Positions 39,371-53,131 of a DNA stretch of 64,000 nt are shown here, in pieces (within the stretch, counting starts at the first letter, position 1; each line of letters starts with the position of its first letter). Both the position numbers and the translations under genes were made by a program. Under the pieces are notes generated by a model. It was not told the DNA's origin and made no database searches. It saw only the letters and a list, made by a program, of their open reading frames with translations. This DNA is from Parasitella parasitica NRRL 2501. Taxonomy: Eukaryota; Fungi; Mucoromycota. The stretch lies in assembly GCA_025201805.1 (NCBI GenBank), contig MU619299.1, positions 96,200 through 160,199 of the forward strand, in the 5' to 3' direction.

Positions 39371-40099
39371 ATGACTTTGTTAACTGTATCAGAGAAACCA
39401 GATTTACTCCAAGCGACTTCACTGCAGACCGATGATCAAGATAATGTTACATCTACTATGGTAAGCGAGAACACCGACTCTCAGCCAGGTCATGTTGCAA
39501 CAAATGAAGCCATTACTGTTTTCAACAACAATGCTTCAAATATTGATAAGATTGGTTTTATACACGGATATGCGTTGCTTTCAAGCTTGGGCAACTTTTA
39601 AAAAGGATGAGCAAAGAACTGACAAGAGACTTTACAATCTTGTTGTGAAGGCTATTTTTCTTTTGACAGATTAGGCGAAGCCATAAACATAAAGAAAGAA
39701 AGAAAGAAAGAAAAAAAAAGGCCTATACAAAGAACTGACTCAACGATTCAGGTAAGAGCATATTTGCAATTAACGAGGATGATAGAGATGGCTGTTGAAG
39801 AGGTACTGCTTGCTAGTGCTGAAACTTGAGAGTTGAAAATAAAGTAGGACCAAAACTGAATTCTGAAAAGGGTCTCTTCACCTGAAAAAACACTGCTACC
39901 TAGAATTACTGAAGCCTGTAATAATATCTACTTGAGCGGGTTGCAAAGTGCTTGTTAATACTTGGTGTCAAAATTTCAAGGTTGCTTGGATGTGATACAA
40001 TTATAAACTTTCTGTACGAAAAATCTGTACGAATTTTTTCCTTTCAAGTGTACATAATCTTTTGCTCAAGTGTAGGAAAATACTTTATTTGAAAAAGTG
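39251..40099 (+). mobile_element. Tc1/IS630-derived non-autonomous segment, copy 2
   Basis: Near-identical inverted copy of 34251-34915. Bases 39884-40006 read EKTLLPRITEACNNIYLSGLQSAC*YLVSKFQGCLD, and the outer end is GTG|TA. Confidence 0.65.
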
Positions 40100-40280
40100 T
40101 ACTAGAGCATAAGAAAGGAAATTTTCTTGTAGTATTTATATGATTGACAAATGCAAGATAATTAACGCAACCAAGAATATACAAGTCTATTATCAGATTG
40201 GGCCTAGTATATAGCACCGAATATGTGCATTGCTATTATTCGACTGCTTGAAATGTCTACAGATTTATTATAGGCTCCAT

Positions 40281-42515
40281 TCACAGAGTTGTTTGGCTAG
40301 AAGCCTTCAGTTTTTGGACTTTCAAATCAAGCGATTCCTTGTTTGGTACTTCTTTACTTGCTCTATTGTACACCTGATTAGCCTTTTGAAATTTCTTTTG
40401 AGAATAAAGATACGCGAGATAGGAAATATAGGACCCTATCAATGATGCATGTTTGTTAGTTTGGTCAAACATGATATTCTCTGAGGTAATTTTACCTTCT
40501 TTATCATCTTCAAGAAGTGTGATTTTGTCATATAGATACTCTACGCTTTCTTGGCTGGTCGCATCTGGGTTACCAAACTCATTTTCGAGTTGGATACATT
40601 TCATAAAAAACGCATGTGTAGGGTAAAAGTTCTTGACAACTTTTTTGTAGACGCGTCTAGCAGCTTCAATTCCTTGAGATTCAGCAGCCCATTGCACATA
40701 GGTTGACTGCAACAATTGCTTGATATCGTTACGATCAGCCGAGTCGCTTGTGACAGAAGGCAGCAGGAGAGTTGCTTTTTCACAAGCTTGGAATAAGACT
40801 TTATCTGTTTCCTCGGCTGATAGTTTGTCGCTGGAAAGAACCCAGTTCTTGTAAGAGTTCCACAGTGATAATGAGTCAGGATTATGATCTAAAGCAGTGG
40901 CGTATAATTTGCGCTGTTCCTTGCGGTCATCTTGAGCCAGCTGTATACGATATATCCAGAGTAAAGCATCGGTGGGGTGTGATTCCAGTGCTTGCAATGC
41001 AACGCTCTCAGCTTTCTCCTGTTCGTTTTGTTCCATCAAATGTGCCACCCATAATTCGTATATTTTGGCATCGAGTTTGCTTTGTCTTTTGCAGGCTTTA
41101 AACGTTTTTTGCAATAGCTTGCCAAGGTATAATTTCAAATTTTCTTCAATGACCACTGCATACCAACCAAGCAAAAACTGAATATACAGCTTCCACATGT
41201 CAAATTGAGGCACGTCCACAAGCGCATTTTCGAATTCATCGACACATTGCTTCAGGGCAGGCACAAATGCTGGATCGGATACAGAAATGTGTCGAGATTT
41301 TTCTTCTTGCTGCGGTATAGAGACAAGCAGATGGCTCTTGGCAAGCAGAGCGCGAGCCTCAGCACTATCTGCCATATCCCGGCGGATAGTCTCGTACACA
41401 TAATCAATGTCTTTTTGGGTGTCTGTAAATTCACGATAAATGTCTATAAATTTTGAGCGAAATTCAATGCTGTCGGCTTGTGATAGAATAGCATTGTCGT
41501 AAATGATTCTGGCCAAAAGACCTTGCAAAATAGGATTGTTGGCTTCCTCCAGAGCAGCCGCTTCCTCCTTTGTCAAGGACTTTTTGCTCTTTTTAATATT
41601 TTCCTCATCCTCTTTCCAGCGGGAAACATCCTCTCCTGTCACAGCCGGTAATTTGATGGTGTTGTCATCTTGTTCCTCCTGATCTACCTGCATGGCGTCA
41701 AGGTTTTCTTGATTCTTTGCTTGGTCTATGCCCAGAATACGTCTTCTTAATTTGATTTTTTCAACGTATAGTAGTTCTAAACGAAAATATTCATGCCATA
41801 ACTCTTGGCTCTCGGGGATCAGACGCAACGCTCGTTGTAGCAAGATCCTCGCTGCTGCTATGTTGGCATTATGTTCATTTTCCCAGGTTGCTGCCATGAT
41901 CCACAATGAGGCGTTGTTAGGGTGGTATTGGATGGCCCTATATATATATATAGCGGAGACATTTACATCAGCAATGCACACATATATTATGCTCATAAAC
42001 CTACAGTACAAATACGCTTGACAGAATATTGTTGGCATTACTTCGCTTGGCATAGTCAATGTACTGTAGCCAAAGTGACAAGTCGCTTTTAAACTTGATA
42101 GTGGCTCTTCTAAATAGATTATAGATGCGTCTAGCACCAGAATACTGCAAGTCGTTTCCCTTTAAAGACTCGGCGATGCCTGCAGAGTGAAATTAGTCGA
42201 GCATATTTAGATCAACTATGCGTCGCTCGTACCCATTCTTGCAACTCTCTTTTTACGGAGGTCTTCAAGGTTGATTTCATATTCGATTGCCCTCAAAAAG
42301 TCAATTTTTTGCTTGATGCGACGTTGCAAGGCGTACTCAAAATTGGTTCTTTTTTTGATGATGGATTTGATTTCGACCTTGAAGATGATTTAGACATAAA
42401 AATAAAGCTCGAAATGATCCAATTCAGAACTTACAGCAGAGAAAATGTTCTTTTTCTCGAGCTCTTCGAGCTCAGGAATCATGCGCTCAAGGTAATATTG
42501 TACAGATTCGGCCAT
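40281..42515 (-). CDS. UTP6: U3 snoRNA-associated protein 6 (HAT repeats)
   Basis: MAESVQYYLERMIPELEEL...IKSIIKKRTNFEYALQRR...DFLRAIEYEINLE, then HAT repeats and LWHEYFRLELLY. Confidence 0.93.
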
Positions 42516-42706
42516 GTTTTAGTCGTAAAGTTGAGAAATAAGGCTAAAGAAGTTGAATTTATANNNNNNNNNNNNNNNNNNNNNNNNNNNNNNNNNNNNN
42601 NNNAAAAAAAAAAAAAAAAAAAATAGAAAAAAAAGAGGCAGTTTCAACCTGTCAAAAAAGTGACCCTCTTTCGTATAGAAGCATATGAAAAGCCACGATA
42701 GTCAGA

Positions 42707-44507
42707 TCACAATAACCCAAGACGCTTTCCAAAAGAGAGACATCCTGTGCAATAAAGGGCCATTCCAGCCAGGATCCAGTAAAAGTAACTCGGGTCGGTA
42801 TGGGCTTTACCAGGAACATAGACATTCATACCCCATAGACTTCCAATCAATGCCAGAGGAATAAAAACGGTGGCCAAGAATGTCAATCGATTCATGACAT
42901 TGTTGGTCATGTTGTATGTTTGAGTGAGCTCTAAATTGACTTGAGCAAGGTAGTTTGTATGAGCTCGATGGAGGATACGATCGTAGTGGTTGATATTCTG
43001 CACCATGGTAACAACGTGATCTAGGCGGTAATGTAAGAAAACGATATGCCAATGTGATGGTAGACATACCTTGGATATCTCCCAAATAAAGCAGGACATC
43101 TGTATACGCCTTCTTTGTCTCCAGAGCAGCCGCCACGATTGCAGCATTCCTGTCTAAATCAACCTTATCGGAAACGGCAGCGTTTAAAGCAGTAGATAAT
43201 TGCACAGGGAAGGACTGTTGCTGCTGCTCCAACAGGGTATATTCTCGGCATTTATCTTTGTACCGCTTCATCAAACTCTTGATTACATCTAATTTCGATC
43301 CTAATAACCGGGCCAATTGTGTCGACTTTTTCCTACAGCGACTAATACGCTTCAACATGTCTGCCTGTTCAGATTTCCTGAGTACTAACGACAGCTCGTC
43401 GATTGAAACGGCTTCCATTTCCACTTGAAGAATCATGGGGGCAAAGCTATCAGTAATCGAATCGATCAGCGCATAGTTCATCCAATCAGGGGTAATGGGC
43501 ATGTATGTTTTTAACTGATCACATCTTTCACGGACTGTATCACAGTGGTCTGACCTCTTGAAATGAAACTAGCAGTAGGTTAGCATGGGGAGGGAAGGGG
43601 AGGGAAGGGGAGGGAAGGGAAGAAGAGCGGGGGGGGGGACGTTTACTTACTGTGAGAAACCCTTCTTTAAAGATCAGGGTATAATAGTTGAAAGGTCTGA
43701 TTAACTCCGAAACATGGTCGACATCAAACGCTCTAAAGCAAACAAACGTGTAGTTGGGGAACAGCTCGACCTTTTCACGAGGCTCCTGGGCTTGAATGTC
43801 TTCAGTTGTAAGAGGATGTATACGAAAAGTCTAGTGAAAACTAAGCATTACGATTACACAGCATTTACCGCCCTACAAACCTTGCTCAAGACTCTCATTT
43901 CCTCTACTGAAGGACACAGTACGTCTACCCACCAGCCTTTCGATTTAACCACAGATTCCAAAGCTTTTTGGCCTTTCTCATTCAGTAACTGATCCAAGCT
44001 AATCGAGATATTCGAGTCCTTTTGAGAAGAATAAGTTTTAAACCGAACTCCTGACGGTGCAGCCTCAAAGTTTTTGGAGGATCCATATAATTGATTTTGT
44101 CGGCTCAGCGTCTTTGATAGCTGCAATGTGCCAGTAGACAGTTTGCGAGTGCGGTCTTGCACCATTCGATTAAACGCAGCCATGTCAACATGGTCGTCTT
44201 TGCTGGCCTTGTATCTAGGATATAAAACATCGGCCTTTACATCCTCCACTTCCTGCTCATCGTTGCCATTGCTCAATACAGATTGCAAGCCCTTGTCTGT
44301 TAAAAAACTATGGAAACTGCTTGCCCTGCGGTCATGGTTGCCAGGTGTTGGCGGTAAAGAAGAGGGGCTAGATGACTCTTTGTGGTAAATAGGCAAATAA
44401 TTTGGATACTCGCTTCCTCCCATTGCTGCTGCTGCTGTTTCTGTTTCTGGTCCCAACGAGGTTGATCCAGTGCCTCTACGGCGAATAGATGAATTACTTT
44501 TTGGCAT
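42707..44507 (-). CDS. CorA-family Mg2+ transporter (Alr1/Mnr2-like)
   Basis: WWVDVLCPS, FRIHPLTTEDI, REKVELF, DWMNYALIDSITDSF, LYLGDIQD and the GMN signature LWGMNVYVPG with two C-terminal TM segments. Confidence 0.93.
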
Positions 44508-44762
44508 TTATAATACTGGCAAAGAAGGGGACAAGAGAAAAATTCCCTTTTTATTACATTCAAAATATACAGGTATACAAAAATGAAATGATTCAAAGGA
44601 AAAGCTAAAATTTTGCCACAGGCTTGATCTATGTTTGATTGGCTACAACGTCATGCTATACACGCACTGCATACAGTTGTTATTTTATCTTTTTCTTTTT
44701 TTTTTTTTTTTTTTTTTTTCAGGCATCTTCAAGGTTGATAAAAGCAGATAGCTTTGGTTACA

Positions 44763-47700
44763 ATGGGAAACAACATATCCAACTTTACAGACATTGCAGC
44801 AATTGGGAATTATGTCAGCGAGCTACAGGATGTTCATTTTGAGAAAAAGTATAAACCATGAAATTGACAACATTGGGTCTAGATGAACCTGACCTTTTTA
44901 TGCATAGTTTGGGTAAAGCTCGCTTTATGAAGACGTTGCGTGGTAAACACAGCGATGGATATGTAGTCATAAAGCTCTACATAAAGCCAGAGTCTGGGCA
45001 GAATTTAGCCAAACAAGTACGAAAGATCCAAGGTATTTATAAAAAAAAGCTCTTGTCAGCCTCATGTTTGATCAAGACACTCAGCAAAGTCGACCAAAAA
45101 TAGAGGAAGAGACGGCATTGAAAGACGTACCCAACGCATTTTACTTTCAACGGGTGATGGAAACCGACCGCGCTTCCTACCTCGTTCGACCTTATTTGTA
45201 CAGCAGCTTATATGATCGCATTAGGTAATTTAATCTGCTTTCTAGCACAAGCTGATAGAATGTTGCAGCAACTGACCTAACAAATGCAGCACTCGGCCGT
45301 TTCTCACCACCATTGAAAAAAAATGGATTGCGTATCAGCTACTGAGAGGCATTGCTGATTCGCATGCAAGAAACGTCTACCACGGAGATATTAAGACTGA
45401 AAATGTGCTGGTTACGTCGTGGAACTGGGCGTTCCTTGTTGATTATGCATTCTACAAGCCAACATATCTGCCAGAGGTGAGTTGACAAGTGCAATCAGAC
45501 TGTAAAATCTGCTAATCATGCACCAGAACAATCCTGCAGATTTTTCGTTTTTTTTCGACACATCCTACCGAAGAACATGCTACATCGCCCCTGAACGATT
45601 TTACAAATCTGGCTCAGAGATAGACCAAAGAATGGTTAGTGTAGTGGCCAACAAAGCCTTTTTAATTTTTGAATCAACACCAACAGTTACTACAGAAAAA
45701 GACGCAAAATGATTACACGAGTGAATTGACGCCTGAAATGGACATATTCTCGGCTGGATGTGTTATTGCAGAACTGTTTCTCGAAGGAAAGCCACCGTTT
45801 ACATTACCGCAACTTTTCAAGTATCGCAGCGGCGAATATAGCCCAAATGCCAGCCTGGATCAAATAGAAGATGTGGATATTCGAGAGATGGTGAAGCACA
45901 TGATCCAGATTGACCCAGAAACGAGATATTCGGCCGAGGAATACTTGTCCAAATGGCACGGGAAAGCATTTCCTCATTATTTCTACTCATTCTTGTATCA
46001 GTACATGAGCATGCTTGTAGAGAAATTCCAGCATCAACCGTCGCCACAGCCTCAATCAAAGATCATGTCTGAAATATCAACCGCTTATCCGAATGCCAAC
46101 AGTCGAAAACTAACCGATGCTGACGGGAAGATTGAGAGGATGTTTTACGATTTTGAAAAAATCATGTATTTTATATCGTTTCCTTGCCAAGATCTGAGCA
46201 ATGTTGATGGACGTAAAAAGAAGAACGACTCGGTGACAGCCTCGTCTGTAAGTCAAGTGTGTTGACAAACTTATGTAGATTTTTGGTACTGAGGACTATC
46301 CTGTTGTGTAGATTTTACTCCCACCCACATCCAATATACCAAACTACTCTGCCGAGAAATTTCCGCTGGAAGAAACAGCCCCAACATCCGCTTCGCATTC
46401 ACCAGACGGTATGTACCGCATAGTTAGCCCCTTGCCTTGTTGTTGCACTAATACATTACACAGAAGAGGGATCGCTCATCCTACTGTCATACATCAGCCC
46501 ATTGTTGCGAAATACGCTTTATCCTAGCTCAAAGCTGAAGGCAATGGACATATTACTAGCTTTAGCAGAGAGACTTCCCGATGATGTCAAATTGGATCGA
46601 TTAGTGCCTTACTTGATCGAACTGCTAAAAGACAGCGCAACTCTGGTTAGAGCAAATGCCATCAAGACTTTGACCAAAGTGGTAAGTTTGAGCAGTAAGG
46701 GCAGGAAAACTGCATATTAATCATGGGCCACCAGCTTTGTATGGTAGAATCTATTTCTCCCATCAACGCCCGTATTTTTCCCGAGTACATTATACCAAGC
46801 ATCGAACCATTTGCAAGAGATGAAGATGTCCTTGTCAGATTAACGTATGCCAGTTGCATCGCCTTATTAGCAGAAACAGCATTACGATTTTTGGAGATGA
46901 CTCAGTTGTTGAAGGCTGACAACATATACCCTCATCGTCACGATGTCGACACTGAAGACCTTGACTTTGAGGTTTGTTGATGGTTGCTGCAAAAATATAC
47001 ATAATCTAACAGCATATGCTAGTCTGCATACGACACTTTACTCGAAGACCTTCATACCATTATTCAAAACCAAACGAGCATCCTGCTAGCTGATCCAGAA
47101 AGTTCAGTCAAGAGGGCTTTGTTAACAAACATCACATGTCTGTGCGTATTCTTTGGCCGCCAAAAGGCAAACGATATCTTATTGAGCCATATGATTACGT
47201 ATTTGAATGATAAAGACTGGATGTTGCGAAGGTAGGTAGAAGGGTCGACCTTCTGGTCAAGTATTTACCATCTTGCAGTGCATTTTTTGAGAGTGTCAAA
47301 GGCGTGGGCACATTTGTGGGGTCCAAAAGCTTGGAAACTTATATTTTACCACTAATGGTTCAGTCGCTCGCAGGTAACGTTTCAAAAGGATCCTTGATCG
47401 CACGGCCCGCTTGCTAATATACATCTGACAGACGCCGAGGAGTTTGTTGTTGAAAATGTGCTTAATTCGCTAACAAGTCTATCAGATCTTGGTTTGTTTC
47501 AAAAGATGAAGCTTTGGGAGCTCATCAGCATCGTTTGGCCATTGACTTGCCATCCCAACACTTGGATCCGCAATGCCGCTGTAGGATTCATATCGTCCAG
47601 CGTAAAGCACTTGCCCAAAACTGATCTTTGGTGTATTGTTTACCCTATGATAAGGCCCTTTTTACGTTCTGACATTGCAGAAATCAACGAGCAGGCCTTA

Positions 47701-48066
47701 CTAGAGAACATGGAGCCACCTGTAAGTAAAATTGTGACACATACAAAGGGCAGGGATTAATGGAAGCAGATATCACGTCTAGTATACGAACAAGCAATTA
47801 CATGGGCTTCAAAAGCAACTGTCAAATCTAAATTCTGGAAGCAGCAAATCACCAAGTCTGCCAAAGAGCACAATTCCTCCAAACCTGCTCGTATGCCATT
47901 AGGTCCTACAGATAACCAGCTCCAAGGTATTATTAACAATCACGAGAATACTCTTCCGATGCTTATATACATTGCTTATATACGTGTAGCTATAATGTTG
48001 AATAGCTCCATAAGCAACAATGGCCAAAATGATATCTCAAATGAGTATGTCTTTGTTGTATTTATC

Positions 48067-48106
<40 letters not shown>

Positions 48107-50693
48107 AAAACTTATTATCATCAATAGAGACGAGATTTTCCTTGAAAAGCTGCGAAATTTAGGTATGACGCTTGAGGAAGAAGGGAAATTGCGCTACATG
48201 CGAGATTTCATTTACAAAGCATCAAAGTCCAAATTGAGGTACGTTAACGCTATTTTTTTTTTGGCCATCATGACATCTAATTCGCATCCTTGAACCTATA
48301 GTCGACCAAAAACTGAGAGCGATACAAATACAAATGTAAGCAAAAATAAACGTACGGCTAAATCTACATGTTGCTGATTACTGCAATTTTTAGAAAAGGG
48401 ACATTCAACTGAAAAATCTGAATGTTACGCCCAACACGGCCTTTTTGCCTGATTTGTCTGGTAAAAGAACATCTCAAATCAAGCAGCAGATAGCAGCAGC
48501 GAAAAAGTTGACAGCCACCGACAAGACGTAAGTTGCATTATTCATCAGGCATATCAGCGTGATACACATACACATTATTTGCAGGTTCAGAGCCAAAGCA
48601 CCAATGACTAGTTTGCATTCAATTCCTCGGGAGGACCTGTGCAAATCGAACAGAATTGCAAGCCAACCTCATGTGCAAGCCATCACTCCAAGCATTGTTG
48701 ATAAAGAAAACCATAGCCACTATGAAAGGTCGTCGTCAATTCCCATCAAAAGTGGCAGCGGTAGCAATAGTGATCATCGACCTCTGCATTCGCCTATCGC
48801 TAGTCCCTCGGATCACAACTTTGGTTCAAGTTTACCGAAAAGTCTAGAGAGGCCCAAGAGTGAGTAGTATCGCGTGTGCGTACTGGTTTATAGCCCTCTG
48901 TACTGACTATAACATAGGCATAATTTTGACCATGGATGCTATCAAAAATAAAAATGGGAAGGCTGAACCTCTTGAGCTGAGCATTATGTCACGTGGCCAG
49001 CATAACAAGCCGCCGCAAAGCAATGCTGCTGCCAACGATGATGAAAAACCATCAGTGCCCTTGGAAGTTAGCTCTAGTAAGTGTGTGATTTGTACCAGAA
49101 TTCGGAAGCGAAAACTCATTTCCTTACAGTTGGATACGCTCATCTACAAAAACTCTTTGACAAGACCGCCATGGAAGCATTTCCAGCCCTCATAACTGAA
49201 TTCTCTGAAGACGCCAAGCTGTCGAGTCGACTCAAAAAGCTGACAGCCATGTCACCATTAGTTGTATCGAACAAATGGAAGCCGGAGGGGAATCTGGTTG
49301 CTCACTACACAGAGCACACTGCTGCTATTAACCAACTAGACATTTCATTTGATCGTCTCTTGTTTGCGTCATGTTCGGACGACGGGTCAGTGAGGATTTG
49401 GGATTGCTCTCGCTTAGAACGAAACGTTACAAATCGCTCTCGCGCGTCGTACACTCAGCAAGGCGGACGGATCAAATGTTTGACATTTATACAAGACACA
49501 CACTCTATTGCCGCAGCTTCCGACAATGGCAGTATCCATGTATTCCGGTAGGATAAAACTTCAGGTCCGCATGTAAGAGTTACTGATATATTCTACACAG
49601 TGCCAATATTCAAAATGCTAGCATTCCGCTCAAATTTGGAAAATGCATTCCGTTGCGCGAGTACCAGCTGGTAGACGAACATGCAGTTATTTTAAAGCAC
49701 TTTACCAGTAACGCCTCGAATACCATGAAAGGAGCAAAGTCCATACTCATGTTTGCCACCAACAAATGCTGCATATACGCTCTTGATCTGCTCACTATGG
49801 AGATTGTATGGAAGCTGCAAAACTCCACGAGCCACGGCGTAATCACATCAATGGTGACGGGCCCTAAACATACATGGCTACTGGTAGGTACTATGCGAGG
49901 CATACTGACACTATACGATCTTCGTTTCCAGATTCCTTTGAAATCATGGCTGCATCCGAGCAAGAGCCGCATCAGCGCATTGGTATTAACTGCGGATTCG
50001 CGAGACCATGACAGACATTTGGTCAGGATTGCATCGGGCAGAAACGAGGTGTCCACATGGGACATTGAGCATTTAACGTGTTTGGAGGTATTTGCAGTCA
50101 AATCCGGCGACGAAAAGACGACTGGCGTGTTTGTGGAAGCGTACAAGGCATTGGAAGTACCAAGTGACAAGGCCATCTTGACTAGCACATTCACAAACAA
50201 CGAATCCAATTTGGTGGAAAACTCTATCCGGGCTATTGTGTCGCCTGCAGACAGCCATTTCATAATCACAGGCGGCACCGACCGTAAAATCAGGTTTTGG
50301 GACACTCTGAGGATTGAAAATTCAGGTGTTGTGTTGGGATTAGATATTGAAGAGCCCAAGCCTAGATACAGGTGAGTGTACAGTGAGTTTGAGGACATAT
50401 TGCCACTGTTATTAATGCGCTGCTGGGTAATTTAAATGTATAGCACAAACATTTATGACAAGATGAAGGTCCATTTCGAATTTACTCTAGCGAATCGCAA
50501 CCAAAGTTTGGCCAATGTAGGTAGCCGGACAACCTTTAGCACTAATCAATCGGCCAGCAACAACGTGATCACACGACAGCATTATCTAATGAGAAACCAC
50601 ACTGATGCCATCACAGATGTCATTATAACCGAGGCACCCTACTCTATGATCATTAGCGGAGATAGAGATGGTGTTATTAAGATTGTCTCATGA
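44763..50693 (+). CDS. VPS15: PI3K regulatory subunit Vps15 (kinase + HEAT + WD40; many introns)
   Basis: MGN myristoylation start, [46 protein letters not shown] repeats ([15 protein letters not shown]) and WD40 repeats. Confidence 0.96.
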
Positions 50694-50730
50694 ATAAAAG
50701 GGAAAGACGACCCGCACTGGACGAATTTTA

Positions 50731-50935
50731 TTATGATGATTGCTTTTGTAATTCCTTCAATTTTAGATGCAATCTTGAGCGTAGATACTCTGATCTTTCA
50801 TTGGCAGGTATTGAAGAGACGTCTTCAGAAGCGACCGTGATCACAGCGTCTTTTAGCTTGTCAATTTGGTCTTTAACAAATAGCAGTGTATTATTGACAT
50901 GTTGCACTATGGATGAGATTTAGCGATTTATCAGA

Positions 50936-51014
<79 letters not shown>

Positions 51015-51691
51015 ATTTTCGTCCTGAGCAACATTATCTAGAAACGCTAAATTTTCAGCCATTTTATCTATCTGTGCCTCTGCGTGTCTCTGTCTTTCCA
51101 ATGTGTGGGTCAAGACAGCTCTAAATTTCTTTTGCTATCAAACCGTGCTCTTTAGTAAAATCCACATTTACCAAAAGACCAAACAGTACTTACAGCCATA
51201 ATCTTTTGTCGTAGGTCTTCTGTTTGCTCCTGTACGTCTTGAACGTCCTGAAGCGACAAGTTGAAATCGATATCCTAAATGACAAAAGGCACGGTGTGTG
51301 TGAGTGGGCATTGGATGTAATCAGGGACAGTGTGCTTGTCTTTGTTTACATTGTGCTGATCGAATTGGACGTCCAAATCATCGGGTATCTTCCACACACT
51401 TTGAGAGACATACTGCTGAAATACATTAAACACCTCGTCCAGCTTCTCCTCTGCAACGAGCTGGTACTTGTCCATCGCAGTCTGTATTTCCCTTTGCTTT
51501 TCTGGACATTCCGTTGCGAGTCTGTCGGCTGTGCCCTTCATGACATTGTAGAACAAGGCGTTTGCCAAATCGTACATGTCAGCCAAGACATCCGAGGGTA
51601 TCATTTGGAATATCTCGGTCAGCAGCTCGTGCTCAAAGTAGGCTCTAGGCTCTTTTATCTTTGGCTCCTCTGTCGTATAGGTGGGATCCAT
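50731..51691 (-). CDS. MIS12: Kinetochore protein Mis12/Mtw1
   Basis: ELLTEIFQMIP..VLADMYD..N...EEKLDEVFNVFQQYV...WKIP follows the Mis12 domain pattern, with a coiled-coil C-terminus. The start could instead be the in-frame ATG at 51724. Confidence 0.7.
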
Positions 51692-51973
51692 TCTGTAGAG
51701 AAAAGAAGAGATCGGGAGCGACATGTAGTCACATTGAAATAGGCACTGCTGAATGTTTCATGGGAGATTTTTTTCCTTCCTCTCAACTTTTTTTTACTCC
51801 TATCATTAGAATAAAACCAAGCATTCTCTTGCTATATACAAAGATAGAGTGTGTTTTTGCAAATTACATCCCTGGCTGAAACGACACGCGCGCGTACTCA
51901 TACCCAATTAGTAAACTAGTCGTGTATTATATAACTTTTTTTTTTTTTTTTTTTTTCTTTTGTCATCAAGAAA

Positions 51974-53131
51974 ATGGTCCAAGCCTTGCCACGCAACTAC
52001 AGTAACGAGCACTACATGAATGGCAATGAATATCAGCAGCATTCAACGCCGCCTCCCCCGCCTCCTCTGCAACCACATCAGCAACAGATGCCTATACCCA
52101 TGCCTGTTCCTATGATCAACCACCATTTAATCCACCAACCTCCTAATTTTTTCCATCCTCCACTTCCACCTCCACCTCCTCAGCCCATGTATCCCGCCGA
52201 CCAAGCAACTGGGCAATATATGGACTATGCTGCTGCCGGCAACGGTGGCTATCATCCCTCTATGGGATACATGCAGCAGGGCTACTACCCCGCTGACATT
52301 ACAGTCTACGTGCCTACGCTGCACAAGACCTTTGCGCTCAACAGCAACATCCTCTCTCGATCTCCCGTTCTCTGCCAACGCATCATGGAAGAGCAGTCTA
52401 ATACACTCGAGCTGGATCTCTATGTTCTTCCTGAAACTTTTGATACTGTCATCAATCATTTGCTCGTACCCTTGACTCCTGAATATATCTCGTTTCTTGC
52501 CAATGAAAAACCGCAAATTGCAATTGAACTACTTGAAGCTTCGGAGGAATTAGGCCTTGAGCCATTGCTGAACGGCCTCTTGGTCAAGTTGAAGAGAAAC
52601 CTGCATAGCCTCAAGACTGCAAAGACTTATATCGACGCCATGGAGCCGTATCAGCCTTTGGGAGAAGAAGAGCCTCGTCGTTGGGTGGAGGCTTTAGAAG
52701 AGGACATTGTGTCGTTTATGGTAAAGGGCCTTTCAAGCCAATTGGAGGCATTTTCAACCTCTGTAAAAGTAAGTGGCAACGTAGTTATTGGTCAAGTCAA
52801 CGCTTGTGGCTACATGCCCTCACGTACACCTCTCATGCGCGGATTTATGGATTTGGCTCATGCTTATTCTACTTTGCCTCAGCATTTGATGATACGCTGT
52901 CTTGAACATCCCGCCTTGCCTGTGCAGGACGCCATCCAACGCAACCTGTTTGCCAGAAAAGTCTTGACCATTGTCAGCAGCAACAATACATTTCATCAAC
53001 GTCCAAGCGCGCCTCAATTGATAGCCGTAATGAAATTTGATAAAGGGATGGATTCCATCGCTGTCGTCAGAGAAACTGGCCTAAAGAAGGGTTGTTGGGA
53101 CCCCAAGTTGTACGATTTGCAAAGCATTTGA
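51974..53131 (+). CDS. BTB/POZ-like domain protein with Pro/Gln/His-rich N-terminus, intronless
   Basis: 385-aa ORF; ADITVYV...TFALNSNILSRSPVL...F..VINHL...ELLEASEELGL resembles a BTB fold. Confidence 0.6.
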   Translation: MVQALPRNYSNEHYMNGNEYQQHSTPPPPPPLQPHQQQMPIPMPVPMINHHLIHQPPNFFHPPLPPPPPQPMYPADQATGQYMDYAAAGNGGYHPSMGYMQQGYYPADITVYVPTLHKTFALNSNILSRSPVLCQRIMEEQSNTLELDLYVLPETFDTVINHLLVPLTPEYISFLANEKPQIAIELLEASEELGLEPLLNGLLVKLKRNLHSLKTAKTYIDAMEPYQPLGEEEPRRWVEALEEDIVSFMVKGLSSQLEAFSTSVKVSGNVVIGQVNACGYMPSRTPLMRGFMDLAHAYSTLPQHLMIRCLEHPALPVQDAIQRNLFARKVLTIVSSNNTFHQRPSAPQLIAVMKFDKGMDSIAVVRETGLKKGCWDPKLYDLQSI

